Shown here: positions 48,835 through 58,137 of the stretch, piece by piece | Numbering within the stretch: position 1 is the first letter of the stretch | Layout: each line of letters starts with the position of its first letter | DNA from: an uncultured virus (IMG/VR IMGVR_UViG_3300034106_004022) | Taxonomy: Duplodnaviria; Heunggongvirae; Uroviricota; Caudoviricetes | IMG/VR virus record: IMGVR_UViG_3300034106_004022 | Coordinates: 62,001 to 126,000 of that record | Strand: one strand, 5' to 3' | Length of the DNA: 64,000 bases | The notes under the pieces: model-generated | Database searches by the model: none | Told to the model about the DNA's origin: nothing | The model's input: only the letters and a program-made list of their open reading frames with translations | Made by a program: the position numbers and the translations under genes

Positions 48835-49305
48835 ATGTCAAAAGGTAGAATCTATTGGTTTACTGGTGAAGCTAGTAATAGTAGAGAATTGGGAAAAAGA
48901 CTTCACACACTTCTCCAATCTGAAAAAAGAAATTGGAGAAGGGATGTATTTTACTTAGATAGTGAAGAGTTAAGAAAGATTACAAATAATACAGATTATA
49001 CTGATTCTGGTACAATCAAACACATAAGACATTTACAAATGATTGCCCAATACCTACACACAACGGGTTGTGATGTAGTAGTATCTGATATATCACCATA
49101 TAAAGAGGTTAGAGAGGAGTTTAAACGTAGAATAGGTTTGACTAACTTTTCTGAATTTTATGTTCACAATTCAAAGCAACCATTGGATTATTCCACATAT
49201 GGTGCACCAACCGAAAACTTCATATCAGTTGATACATTCCGAAATAATTTTGAACTTTCATTTGGGAGTATAGTTAATTATCTAATAGATAATCATAAAT
49301 TATAA
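48835..49305 (+). CDS. adenylylsulfate kinase (CysC)-like protein with degenerate P-loop
   Basis: YWFTG, LDSEELR, VVVSDISPYKEVRE; GxxxxGKS missing. Confidence 0.65.
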   Translation: MSKGRIYWFTGEASNSRELGKRLHTLLQSEKRNWRRDVFYLDSEELRKITNNTDYTDSGTIKHIRHLQMIAQYLHTTGCDVVVSDISPYKEVREEFKRRIGLTNFSEFYVHNSKQPLDYSTYGAPTENFISVDTFRNNFELSFGSIVNYLIDNHKL

Positions 49306-49357
49306 AAAATCAAATAACCTATATTTATATACATATAGTAGAAACTTAAAATAGTAT

Positions 49358-49930
49358 ATGAAAATGGAAGATGTTACAAATGAGGAACCAATGTTCCCAA
49401 ACTTTGACCCAACCAAAGATTTATCGAAAGCACCCAAACAACGAACTAAACGTGGGTTAGGTGCAAAACCTCTAATGGAATCTGAAATTAGAGATGTACA
49501 ACAAAAAGCACGTTCCGCTATGGAAGCTGCTAGAATGTTGGGAGTATCATACAATACATATAAGAAATACGCAAGAGATTATGGTATCTTTGAAGATTTG
49601 AAGAATCCATTTGGACTTGGTATAACCAAAGGTTCATCTGATAAGGGTAGTACCCATGCATTGGATGATATCTTAGCTGGTATGTATCCCAATTACCCAA
49701 TACATAAATTCAAAAAGAGATTATTGAATAATGGATATATGTTAGAAAAATGTAATAGTTGTGGATTTGAAGAAAAACGGGTAACCGATTTCAAGGTTCC
49801 ATTAGTATTAGATTTTATTGATGGAGATAGATGCAACCACAAATATGAGAACCTTAGAATGCTATGTTTTAATTGCTCATTCCTTATAAATGGGAACCTT
49901 ACAGGTCCAAAAGCGGAGTACGAATATTAA
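49358..49930 (+). CDS. HTH plus degenerate HNH/zinc-finger protein
   Basis: AARMLGVSYNTYKKYA; CNSCG...LDFIDGD..N..ENLRMLCFNC. Confidence 0.7.
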   Translation: MKMEDVTNEEPMFPNFDPTKDLSKAPKQRTKRGLGAKPLMESEIRDVQQKARSAMEAARMLGVSYNTYKKYARDYGIFEDLKNPFGLGITKGSSDKGSTHALDDILAGMYPNYPIHKFKKRLLNNGYMLEKCNSCGFEEKRVTDFKVPLVLDFIDGDRCNHKYENLRMLCFNCSFLINGNLTGPKAEYEY

Positions 49931-49942
49931 TTTTAAAAAAAG

Positions 49943-49974
49943 TTTGGTAAATTCAGATTTTTTTCGTATCTTTA
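49943..49974 (+). promoter_or_regulatory. Bacteroidetes-type promoter variant
   Basis: TTTG-N20-TATCTTTA. Confidence 0.65.
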
Positions 49975-50012
49975 CATAAATAAACAATATATATAAATAT
50001 AAAACACAAATT

Positions 50013-50225
50013 ATGAACAAGTATTTTGAAGTTACAGTAGAAGTTGTAGTTGCCACTCTTAAGAATGGTAAAGACAAGAAGAACAAAGAAATTTATTTAG
50101 TAGATGCACAATCGGTAACAGAAGCTGAAGCAAGAGTTGTAAAAGACTTTATGGATGCGGGTGTGGTTGTAGACTACAAAGTAAGTGGAGCAAGAGAAAG
50201 CAGAATTATCAGAGTTATTGAATAA
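50013..50225 (+). CDS. DUF4494-like protein (Bacteroidetes family)
   Basis: YFEV...EIYLVDAQSVTEAEARV. Confidence 0.7.
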   Translation: MNKYFEVTVEVVVATLKNGKDKKNKEIYLVDAQSVTEAEARVVKDFMDAGVVVDYKVSGARESRIIRVIE

Positions 50226-50488
50226 TGAAAGAACCTGAAGTTATTACCGAAGAGGTGAAAATAAAAGTTGCTAAGAGAGTAGCACCTGGAGACAGGTGGA
50301 CTCCCTTAGACAACACTTCAGTCATACTTGAATCGTTGACCGATTTATTAGAGTATGTTTATCAGAAAAGAGGCAATACACAATTTTACATGGATGCTAA
50401 GGATGGTTTCACTTACGTGATTGAAAAAGAACAAAAAGTAATAGAACCACAACCCGATAAAAAGTATTCATTGTATGGAGAGTATTAG
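50225..50488 (+). CDS. hypothetical protein
   Basis: coupled ORF. Confidence 0.6.
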   Translation: MKEPEVITEEVKIKVAKRVAPGDRWTPLDNTSVILESLTDLLEYVYQKRGNTQFYMDAKDGFTYVIEKEQKVIEPQPDKKYSLYGEY

Positions 50489-50621
50489 AACCTATTTTAA
50501 AAGATTATTATTAGGATTAGCAATAACATTTGTAACCATCTTATCAGATAAGAAACTACATGTAATAAACAAAGATATGGTTTCGGATTCAGTTGATGAT
50601 GATTTTCATATGTTTATCTAA
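50475..50621 (+). CDS. small membrane peptide (48 aa)
   Basis: ORF read by eye, MESIRTYFKRLLLGLAITFVTILS. Confidence 0.5.
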   Translation: MESIRTYFKRLLLGLAITFVTILSDKKLHVINKDMVSDSVDDDFHMFI

Positions 50622-50668
50622 TTTTGATAATATTTATATCAAAGTAAATTAATTTAAAAAAAAAAAGA

Positions 50669-50968
50669 ATGAACACAATTTTAATTATTATTGGAGTATT
50701 AGCTGTAGCTATTGGTATCGTAATCTATTTACAAAAGACAGGTAAAATAGAAGATAAGGATGGAGATTTAATTCCAGACTCAATTGAAGATACAGCAGCT
50801 AAAGTTAAAGAAGTAACTAAGCAAGTTAAGGTTAGAGCTAATAATATTGCTAAAGAATCTAAAGAAGTTGTTGCAGCGGTTAAGAAAGTTGCTAAAGAAT
50901 CTAAAGATGTAATTGATGCAGTTAAAGGAACTTCTAAAGGAAAAAGAAAACCATCTACAAAAAAATAA
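50669..50968 (+). CDS. membrane-anchored protein
   Basis: N-terminal TM, DKDGDLIPD, K/V/A repeats. Confidence 0.65.
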   Translation: MNTILIIIGVLAVAIGIVIYLQKTGKIEDKDGDLIPDSIEDTAAKVKEVTKQVKVRANNIAKESKEVVAAVKKVAKESKDVIDAVKGTSKGKRKPSTKK

Positions 50969-51250
50969 ATGGATTATTTATTGATTTTTAGTATAATCGC
51001 AATTATATTCATATTAGGGATTTTTGTAATCATTAGAATGATGTATCAAACTAATGAATTGAAATATGAACTAAAATTGGCTAAAGTAAATTGCCAAAAG
51101 GATTTGGATAGAATTGAAGATAAAATTAATCAATTGGTACATAAAGATAGTTCATACTATTTTAATGAAATCCAAAAATTAGAAAAGTTGCAAAACACTT
51201 TAGCTAAGTTGATTGATTCACAAGTCAATAAATTTGATTCACAAAAATAA
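50969..51250 (+). CDS. membrane-anchored coiled-coil protein
   Basis: N-terminal TM. Confidence 0.6.
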   Translation: MDYLLIFSIIAIIFILGIFVIIRMMYQTNELKYELKLAKVNCQKDLDRIEDKINQLVHKDSSYYFNEIQKLEKLQNTLAKLIDSQVNKFDSQK

Positions 51251-51269
51251 ATTTAAGTATTAGTTTATT

Positions 51270-51410
51270 ATGAAGCAGAATAATTCACTTTCTTCAAACC
51301 ATTGGGATAATGAGTTTGATGGAATGAAAAAGAAACTCGCAAATAAGAAAAAAACTGAATATAAAAGAAAAGAGAAGTATCGTAAGGATAGATTCTCAGA
51401 TGATTACTAA
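51270..51410 (+). CDS. small basic peptide (46 aa)
   Basis: ORF read by eye, KKKTEYKRKEKYRKD. Confidence 0.55.
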   Translation: MKQNNSLSSNHWDNEFDGMKKKLANKKKTEYKRKEKYRKDRFSDDY

Positions 51411-51431
51411 TCATTAGGTTATACTTGTTTA

Positions 51432-52181
51432 ATGGAAGATGTTACAATTTTAATTCAGGGTAAAATTACCCAAGAAACCTATAATTTCTATGTTGAGGCC
51501 TATCCTCAATATCCAATTGTAATTTCAACTTGGTCTAATCATCAATTAGACCTTTCTTATTTTCCTAATAATTTAACAATAGTTCAATCTCATTTACCTG
51601 AAAAATCAGGTGACCAGAATATGAACTATCAATTCATATCTACGTTAAATGGACTTAGTAATGTTAAAACTAAATATGTAATAAAATTTAGAGGAGATGA
51701 GTATTTTTCAAATATAAATACCATTAGTGAATCTATAAAAAGTAACCCATCAAAGATATGGTCAGCACCTATATTTTTTAGACACCCATTACATTTCAAA
51801 TATCATATATCAGACCACATCATTGGTGGTACAATCGAATCTCTTAAATTTATGTATAGTGCAGCTAAGTATGCATTTGATAATGAATTGATATTTCATG
51901 TAAAGGATGGGGTTAAACATAAATATTGGGAACCTGAAATCCATCTAACTCGTTCATTTTTAATGGCTAAGTATAAAACTGATTTGGTAAATGAAACCCC
52001 AGCAGAAATAATGTTTGAAAATTTTGATATATTAAAATTGGATAAATTAAAACCATATAAAGTAATTGCAAATATATTTAAAACGCATTGGTATAGTGAT
52101 TTTTCACCACATAATAATGAAAGTATAGAAAATATAAATGAATTATTTGATGAAATATTGCCTTATAACAAATGGAAATGA
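51432..52181 (+). CDS. WavE-like LPS synthesis protein
   Basis: VTILIQG, VISTW, NYQFISTLNGL, KFRGDE, HISDHI. Confidence 0.75.
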   Translation: MEDVTILIQGKITQETYNFYVEAYPQYPIVISTWSNHQLDLSYFPNNLTIVQSHLPEKSGDQNMNYQFISTLNGLSNVKTKYVIKFRGDEYFSNINTISESIKSNPSKIWSAPIFFRHPLHFKYHISDHIIGGTIESLKFMYSAAKYAFDNELIFHVKDGVKHKYWEPEIHLTRSFLMAKYKTDLVNETPAEIMFENFDILKLDKLKPYKVIANIFKTHWYSDFSPHNNESIENINELFDEILPYNKWK

Positions 52182-52642
52182 TACTAATATCACATAGGGG
52201 AAATTTAGAAGGTAAATTAACGGATGTTGAAAATAGACCTGATTATATAGATGAAGCACTTAATGCTGGATATGATGTTGAAATTGATGTGTGGATGATA
52301 GAAGGTGTTCTTTTATTAGGACATGATGAACCACAATATGGAATCTCACAACACTGGTTAAACGAAAGACATTCTAAGTTGTGGATACATTGTAAAAATG
52401 TAGAAGCAATAGAGTGGTTTAATATGATTGGTGGATTCAATTACTTTTGGCATGAAGAAGATACAATGACATTAACATCACATGGTTATATGTGGGTGTA
52501 TCCAGGAAAACAACCTGTTAAAAATAGTATTGCAGTAATGCCTGAAATTCATAATGATGATATTTCAGAATGTAAAGGAGTTTGTTCGGATTATATAAAA
52601 AATTACAAAGATGAAAAAAGTAGTAGCGGGGATTTGTATTAA
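52172..52642 (+). CDS. GDPD/PLC-like phosphodiesterase
   Basis: ISHRGN, ENRPDYI, DVEIDVW, LGHD, WIHCKN, GVCSD. Confidence 0.75.
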   Translation: MEMILISHRGNLEGKLTDVENRPDYIDEALNAGYDVEIDVWMIEGVLLLGHDEPQYGISQHWLNERHSKLWIHCKNVEAIEWFNMIGGFNYFWHEEDTMTLTSHGYMWVYPGKQPVKNSIAVMPEIHNDDISECKGVCSDYIKNYKDEKSSSGDLY

Positions 52643-52997
52643 GTATATTGATAACACACCATATGTGTTATTAGGATTGAAACCTGATGGGCATTGGGAA
52701 TTTCCTGGTGGAAAGGTGGAAGTTGGTGAAATTGATAAACAAGCTCTTGAAAGGGAGTGGATAGAGGAATTAGATGCAATTGTTAAAGTTGGTGAATTTT
52801 ATACCAGCGTACAAGAACATCCATATGATGTTTGGTTCTATAATGTAGAACTTACCAAAGATGATAATGATGGTAGTGGAGCAAAAGCAAAAGAACATAT
52901 TGATGTAACTTGGTTTGATATTTCTAATTTGGATTCAATTCCAATGGCATCTACAAACTATATAGTTGCTAACTTATTAATGCAAGATTATTTATAA
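52611..52997 (+). CDS. NUDIX hydrolase
   Basis: WEFPGGKVEVGE...ALEREWIEEL. Confidence 0.92.
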   Translation: MKKVVAGICIKYIDNTPYVLLGLKPDGHWEFPGGKVEVGEIDKQALEREWIEELDAIVKVGEFYTSVQEHPYDVWFYNVELTKDDNDGSGAKAKEHIDVTWFDISNLDSIPMASTNYIVANLLMQDYL

Positions 52998-53317
52998 TGA
53001 AAGTAGATAAATTAAATGATTTTTTTAAAGGATGGGTAGTTGGAAACTTCAACCCATCTCTTTTCAAAACGAACGATTTTGAGGTAGCTGTTAAGGAATA
53101 TAAAACAGGGGATTATGAAGTAGCCCATTATCACAAAGTTGCAACTGAAATAACAATTATAACACAAGGATTGGTTCGTATGAATGGTACTGTTTATACA
53201 AAGGGTGATGTAATTACAATCGAACCCGGTGAATCTACTGATTTTAAAGTTTTAGATAATACAACAACAACAGTTATTAAATTCCCTTGTGTAGAGGGTG
53301 ATAAATATTTACTATGA
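52997..53317 (+). CDS. cupin-domain protein
   Basis: GWVVGNF, HYHKVATE, IEPGE. Confidence 0.8.
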   Translation: MKVDKLNDFFKGWVVGNFNPSLFKTNDFEVAVKEYKTGDYEVAHYHKVATEITIITQGLVRMNGTVYTKGDVITIEPGESTDFKVLDNTTTTVIKFPCVEGDKYLL

Positions 53318-54807
53318 TAAATTACGTTTACATAAAAATACCAGCATCCGATTTTGGGTTATTTGAAAATTTATTTCATGGCAAAAGAGCCAATGAATAC
53401 AAAATACATTCAGCAGGACATAGTTGGAACTATCCTACTAAAATAAAAGGTTGGCAAGATTGGGATTACCCACAACAAACACCTAATATATTTAGAGATG
53501 TAGCTACATTTAAGTTAAGTCCAAATGATGTATTTATTACAACTATTAGAAATCCATTTAATATTTTGGTAGATTATTATAAAGAAAACTGGGCTAATCT
53601 AAAGACTCATTATAATCTAGCTGATATAAATTCAGTTGATGATTTCCAAAAATTTGTGGATATCTATCTAAATAAATCTATTGTATTTCATGCACCCGCA
53701 TTTCGTAACTCAATGTTTTCACAATTAAAGGATATCAATGGTAATTGGTTATTTGATGATAATAGTATTATAATAAGGAGTGAATATATTAATGAGGATT
53801 TAGCTAAATTCTCAGAAACAATAAATTTACCAATATCGCTTGAATTCACACAACCAAAGGTTGATAACGTTATAACATATAGAGATGACCAAATTGAGAG
53901 ATTAACAAAATTATGGAAATCTGACTTGGATTATTTCGGATATTCATTTAATAAATCAGAAATGAACACAAAAAAACAAACTAACAGTTTACATAAGCCA
54001 AAGATAGCATTGTGTTTCTCTGGTGAAATAAGAGATTTAGATAGAACTAAGGAGTATTGGGGTGAATTGATTAAGAAGTATGACATTGATGTATATGGTT
54101 CATTCTGGGACACTTATAATACTGAATGTGGTGATACTATTGAAAACTTTCATAGGATATACAATGTTAAGAAGGTGGAGGTTGAAAATTATAATTCATT
54201 TAATGAATCTACCTTATCTATTCTAAGAATTGGTATTGAACCACCAACTTCATTATTGTATTTTTTAAGAGATTCCTGTGTGAACTTTGGTACAATGAGT
54301 ATGTGGTACAAAATTTGGAGAGCAAATTTATTAACAAAGGATTTGGGTATTGATTATGATATTGTAATAAGAGCTAGAACTGATACTTATTTTGATGATA
54401 ATTTAGATATATCCATTAATGATATGTTAAATTTACCACATGGTAGGGTTAGGTTAAATAATCACGATAAATCGGAGGGTATATCGGACCTATTTGCATA
54501 TGGTTCACCAAAGATGATGGATTATTATTCAACGTGCTATTTTTTCATAATGAATTATTTAACTGAAGGGTATTATTTGGTTCCACATGAGCATATGTTG
54601 CATATTCATATGAACAAAATAAACGTTCCAATTAGATTTATGGTTAATAACATAACAATCACAAGAACATCCAGAGGAACTGAGGATGAAGTATATTGTA
54701 ATGGTGTTGATATAAATGAAGAGATTTTACAATCGGATTTTATGGAACTGGAACCACAAAAAGATTTATTCTACAAAGCAAATATTAAAGAAAAATTCAA
54801 AATATGA
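53314..54807 (+). CDS. fusion of a degenerate sulfotransferase-like domain and a KIALC...RxD glycosyltransferase-like domain
   Basis: IRNPF, IIRSE, DLDYFGYSF; then KIALCFSG, YDIVIRARTD, SDLFAYG. Confidence 0.6.
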   Translation: MINYVYIKIPASDFGLFENLFHGKRANEYKIHSAGHSWNYPTKIKGWQDWDYPQQTPNIFRDVATFKLSPNDVFITTIRNPFNILVDYYKENWANLKTHYNLADINSVDDFQKFVDIYLNKSIVFHAPAFRNSMFSQLKDINGNWLFDDNSIIIRSEYINEDLAKFSETINLPISLEFTQPKVDNVITYRDDQIERLTKLWKSDLDYFGYSFNKSEMNTKKQTNSLHKPKIALCFSGEIRDLDRTKEYWGELIKKYDIDVYGSFWDTYNTECGDTIENFHRIYNVKKVEVENYNSFNESTLSILRIGIEPPTSLLYFLRDSCVNFGTMSMWYKIWRANLLTKDLGIDYDIVIRARTDTYFDDNLDISINDMLNLPHGRVRLNNHDKSEGISDLFAYGSPKMMDYYSTCYFFIMNYLTEGYYLVPHEHMLHIHMNKINVPIRFMVNNITITRTSRGTEDEVYCNGVDINEEILQSDFMELEPQKDLFYKANIKEKFKI

Positions 54808-55490
54808 AAAAGTTTATTTTTATAACCATTTCCGTAGTATTACTACCAATATTTGGATATTCTCAAACCAAATTGGACTCACTTGATTTTGATAAGTACA
54901 TACATTCAATTACAGGTAGGTTTTCAACTAAATACCATTCAACCATTGATACCACCAGAGGTGATGTATTAGTAAGGACTGTAGAGTATGATACACATGA
55001 TGAAGCGACTCTAATCTATACTCAGCAAGGTGAACTAATTGAGGGTAAGTACTATCCATATAGACAACGTATATACGCAATATACCAAATTGATGATTAT
55101 TACATTGGTTTAAACATATTCTCAATACCAAATGAAGTTGATTTTTGGAATGTACTAACTGATACCAAAGTTGCGTCTGGTAAGTTTAATTTAGATGATA
55201 TAACATTTAAAGTTGATACCAACAAACTAAAGGCACTTGCCATCTATGACCTACCATATAAAGTGGGGTGTGATATAAAGATATACAAAGATAACTTAGG
55301 GGCATTTAGAGGTAGTACCAATGAATCGGATTGTAAAGGCTCATTTAAGGGAGCAACCTACACTACAACTGAGTTTGTAATATACCAACACGAAGTTATT
55401 AGTTGGGAGAGGGGTTGGGATGATTCTGGAACTCAAATATGGGGGCCAAAAACAGGTCCATATATCTACTCAAAAGTTGCAAATCACTAA
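54804..55490 (+). CDS. exported CpcT/CpeT-like beta-barrel protein
   Basis: signal peptide; PYRQRIY, GCD, SWERGWDDSGTQIWG...GPY. Confidence 0.75.
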   Translation: MKKFIFITISVVLLPIFGYSQTKLDSLDFDKYIHSITGRFSTKYHSTIDTTRGDVLVRTVEYDTHDEATLIYTQQGELIEGKYYPYRQRIYAIYQIDDYYIGLNIFSIPNEVDFWNVLTDTKVASGKFNLDDITFKVDTNKLKALAIYDLPYKVGCDIKIYKDNLGAFRGSTNESDCKGSFKGATYTTTEFVIYQHEVISWERGWDDSGTQIWGPKTGPYIYSKVANH

Positions 55491-55537
55491 TTTTTCAAAT
55501 ATCTTATATTTAAACCCATATAAATAAAAACATTATT

Positions 55538-55696
55538 ATGGATATAAGTGAAAGAATTCAAGATATTATTGATGGTTTAGAGGAGGCAATATCATATGAA
55601 GAGTGGAAACAGGTAGAGGATGCTAGAAAAGAGTTATTATTTCTATTAGCAGACTTAGATTCAGATTTTCCATCTACATTTGAGGAAGATTTTTAA
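55538..55696 (+). CDS. small acidic protein (52 aa)
   Basis: ORF read by eye, MDISERIQDIIDGLEE...EEDF. Confidence 0.65.
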   Translation: MDISERIQDIIDGLEEAISYEEWKQVEDARKELLFLLADLDSDFPSTFEEDF

Positions 55697-55721
55697 GAAA
55701 ATCGTAAGATTTTTAAGAAAA
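55686..55721 (+). repeat. 16-bp direct repeat, 20-bp period
   Basis: aagatttttaagaaaa twice, directly upstream of a promoter. Confidence 0.8.
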
Positions 55722-55723
55722 CC

Positions 55724-55790
55724 CTTGTTTATATCAAATATTATTCGTATATTAGACAGGTAATTGAGAGAGTAATTAATCAAACCCCTA
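55724..55790 (+). repeat. promoter/leader repeat A, copy 1
   Basis: CTTG-N20-TATATTAG; 37 bp (55744-55780) identical to 58531-58567. Confidence 0.9.
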
Positions 55791-55794
55791 ATAT

Positions 55795-55935
55795 ATGAAA
55801 CCAAAAAACACCCTTCCAACCCACAGACGATTGTTAATCGAGTCGATGGAACTACTTTTTAGTGGTAAAAAAACCAAAGCTAAAAAGACACTAAAACAAG
55901 CCAAATTAGAGATTGATAAATTTTATCAAAAATAA
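55795..55935 (+). CDS. small basic protein (46 aa)
   Basis: ORF read by eye behind repeat A. Confidence 0.55.
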   Translation: MKPKNTLPTHRRLLIESMELLFSGKKTKAKKTLKQAKLEIDKFYQK

Positions 55936-55946
55936 CTTCAATTTTA

Positions 55947-56016
55947 TTTGGATATCTCAGGTATTTGTCGTATATTTGAGTATAAGATTAAGAGATAAAT
56001 TAATTAAAACCCTAAA
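55947..56016 (+). promoter_or_regulatory. promoter/leader repeat B, copy 1
   Basis: TTTG-N20-TATATTTG; 20 bp identical to 58203-58222; AAACCCTAAA before ATG. Confidence 0.85.
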
Positions 56017-56019
56017 AAT

Positions 56020-58137
56020 ATGAGTAAATTTAAAAAGTACGGAAATTCTTCTTATTGGTTAAAGGACTGGGAAGATGATGACATCATTGTTAATCAAATG
56101 AATGATGTGGAACGTAAATCACATGACCTTTACAAATTAGCCGCTTCTAAACGAGCTATCTCCAACTTCGTTAATATCGTTACCAACGATTCAATTCCTG
56201 TTAAATTTAGTACACGTGGTGATTCCTATACCGATGGTAAGACTGTGGTAATTGGTTCACAAATCGTAGACCCTAAGGATTTTGATGTGGCTGTTGGATT
56301 AGCATTGCACGAAGGTTCTCACATTAAACTTTCAGATTTTAAAACATTAGGTGATATTTACAATTTGGTTCCATCTCATATTAAAGATGGGGCAATCAAA
56401 AAAGGTATTACTAATCCAATTTCAACTATCAAAGATATTTGGAATGTGGTTGAGGACCGTAGAATTGATTACTACGTTTTTACCTCCGCTCCGGGTTATA
56501 GAGATTACTATCGTTCAATGTACGATAAATACTTTAATGACCCATTAATTGATAAGGGATTAACTTCAGATGAATATACTGAATCAACAATTGATTCTTA
56601 TATGTTCCGAATCATTAACATTCACAACAAAAATACAAACCTTAACGCTTTACCGGGTTTCACCGAAATCTATAAAACAATTGGTTTAGGTACTATTAAC
56701 CGATTGAAATCTACCTTAGATACATTTAATGTGGCTATGGAAGTTTTTCAAATTATTCTAAATAACTTACCATCATTATCTGATGGTGAAGGTGAGGGTA
56801 CTGGTGGACAGGGTGATTCTGAAGAAAATCAAAATCAAAATGGAAATGGTAATGGTAGTTCAAATGAATCACGTGAAATGAGTGATTCTGAATTTGATGA
56901 TTTAATGGATTCATTGGATGGTTCATCTCCAATGACGGGTGATATGGATAGTAAACCAACTGGTGGTTCTTCTATGGAAATTGAAATGCCTGAAGGTGTT
57001 GAGCGTGGTGAAGCAACTGAATCAACTGAAGGTGGTAAGGAATCAAATAAATTAACTCTTAGTGATAACCAAAAAAACCTCCTTAAAAAGAAAATTCAAA
57101 AGCAGAAAGAGTTTATGAGAGGTGAAATTCGTAAAAAATCTATCACTCGAACTGAAGCAAATAATGTTAACGCAATTGAGGAAAGTGGTTCAGAAATTAC
57201 TTCAGTTGGTGCTGGTGTTAATGATGGTTGGGGTAACTCTCGAAAGGGTACAACTTGTATAGTAGTTAAGAAACTTACCAAATCATTATTTGAAAATCAA
57301 ATGTTCCCAATGACTGATAACAATTGGTACAAACCTGAAGAGACTGGATTGATTAAAATGCATTATGAGACTGAAGTTCAAAATGGAATTCGAATTGGAA
57401 CTATATTAGGAAAGAAACTTCAGGTTAGAGGTGAGGACCGTTCTACGGTGTTCAATCGCCAAAAGAATGGTAGTATTGATAAACGAATGATTTCATCATT
57501 AGGATTTGGTAATGAAAATGTGTTCCAATATATGGAAACCGATTCTTACAAAAAAGCTAACCTACATATCTCAATTGATGCTAGTGGTTCAATGGGTGGT
57601 TCTAAATGGGTTAATACCTTAACCAATGTGGTTGCACTTTGTAAAGCAGTTGATATGATTCAAAACCTATCAATTCAGGTTTCATTCAGAACTACACATG
57701 GTAATTCACCATATGTGGTTATGGCTTACGATTCTCGTATTGATAAGTTCTCAAAGGTAAAACAAATGTTTCCGGCACTTAGAGCTGGTGGTACTACTCC
57801 TGAGGGATTATGTTTTGAGGCAATTATGAAGAATTTCTTAGGTTCTAATAACGATATGGATTCTTACTTCCTAAACATCTCAGATGGTGAACCTTACTTT
57901 GAAGGTGGTTCTTTCCGATATAGTGGTGAACCGGCATTCGAACACACTCGTAAAATGGTTAAACAAATCGAAGGAATGGGAATTAAAACTCTTTCTTACT
58001 TTGTAGATGAGTGGTCAAATACAACCGAACCATCTCGAGGATTTAAGAAGATGTATGGTAAGGGAGCTAAGAAAATCGATGTAACAAATGTGGCTCAAAT
58101 AACTAAAACAATAAATGAGTTGTTCTTAACAAAATAA
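56020..58137 (+). CDS. VWA-domain protein with N-terminal HExxH domain (CobT-like MoxR partner)
   Basis: LHEGSH, NVVEDRRID, acidic linker, IDASGSM, GGTTPE, ISDGEP. Confidence 0.88.
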   Translation: MSKFKKYGNSSYWLKDWEDDDIIVNQMNDVERKSHDLYKLAASKRAISNFVNIVTNDSIPVKFSTRGDSYTDGKTVVIGSQIVDPKDFDVAVGLALHEGSHIKLSDFKTLGDIYNLVPSHIKDGAIKKGITNPISTIKDIWNVVEDRRIDYYVFTSAPGYRDYYRSMYDKYFNDPLIDKGLTSDEYTESTIDSYMFRIINIHNKNTNLNALPGFTEIYKTIGLGTINRLKSTLDTFNVAMEVFQIILNNLPSLSDGEGEGTGGQGDSEENQNQNGNGNGSSNESREMSDSEFDDLMDSLDGSSPMTGDMDSKPTGGSSMEIEMPEGVERGEATESTEGGKESNKLTLSDNQKNLLKKKIQKQKEFMRGEIRKKSITRTEANNVNAIEESGSEITSVGAGVNDGWGNSRKGTTCIVVKKLTKSLFENQMFPMTDNNWYKPEETGLIKMHYETEVQNGIRIGTILGKKLQVRGEDRSTVFNRQKNGSIDKRMISSLGFGNENVFQYMETDSYKKANLHISIDASGSMGGSKWVNTLTNVVALCKAVDMIQNLSIQVSFRTTHGNSPYVVMAYDSRIDKFSKVKQMFPALRAGGTTPEGLCFEAIMKNFLGSNNDMDSYFLNISDGEPYFEGGSFRYSGEPAFEHTRKMVKQIEGMGIKTLSYFVDEWSNTTEPSRGFKKMYGKGAKKIDVTNVAQITKTINELFLTK

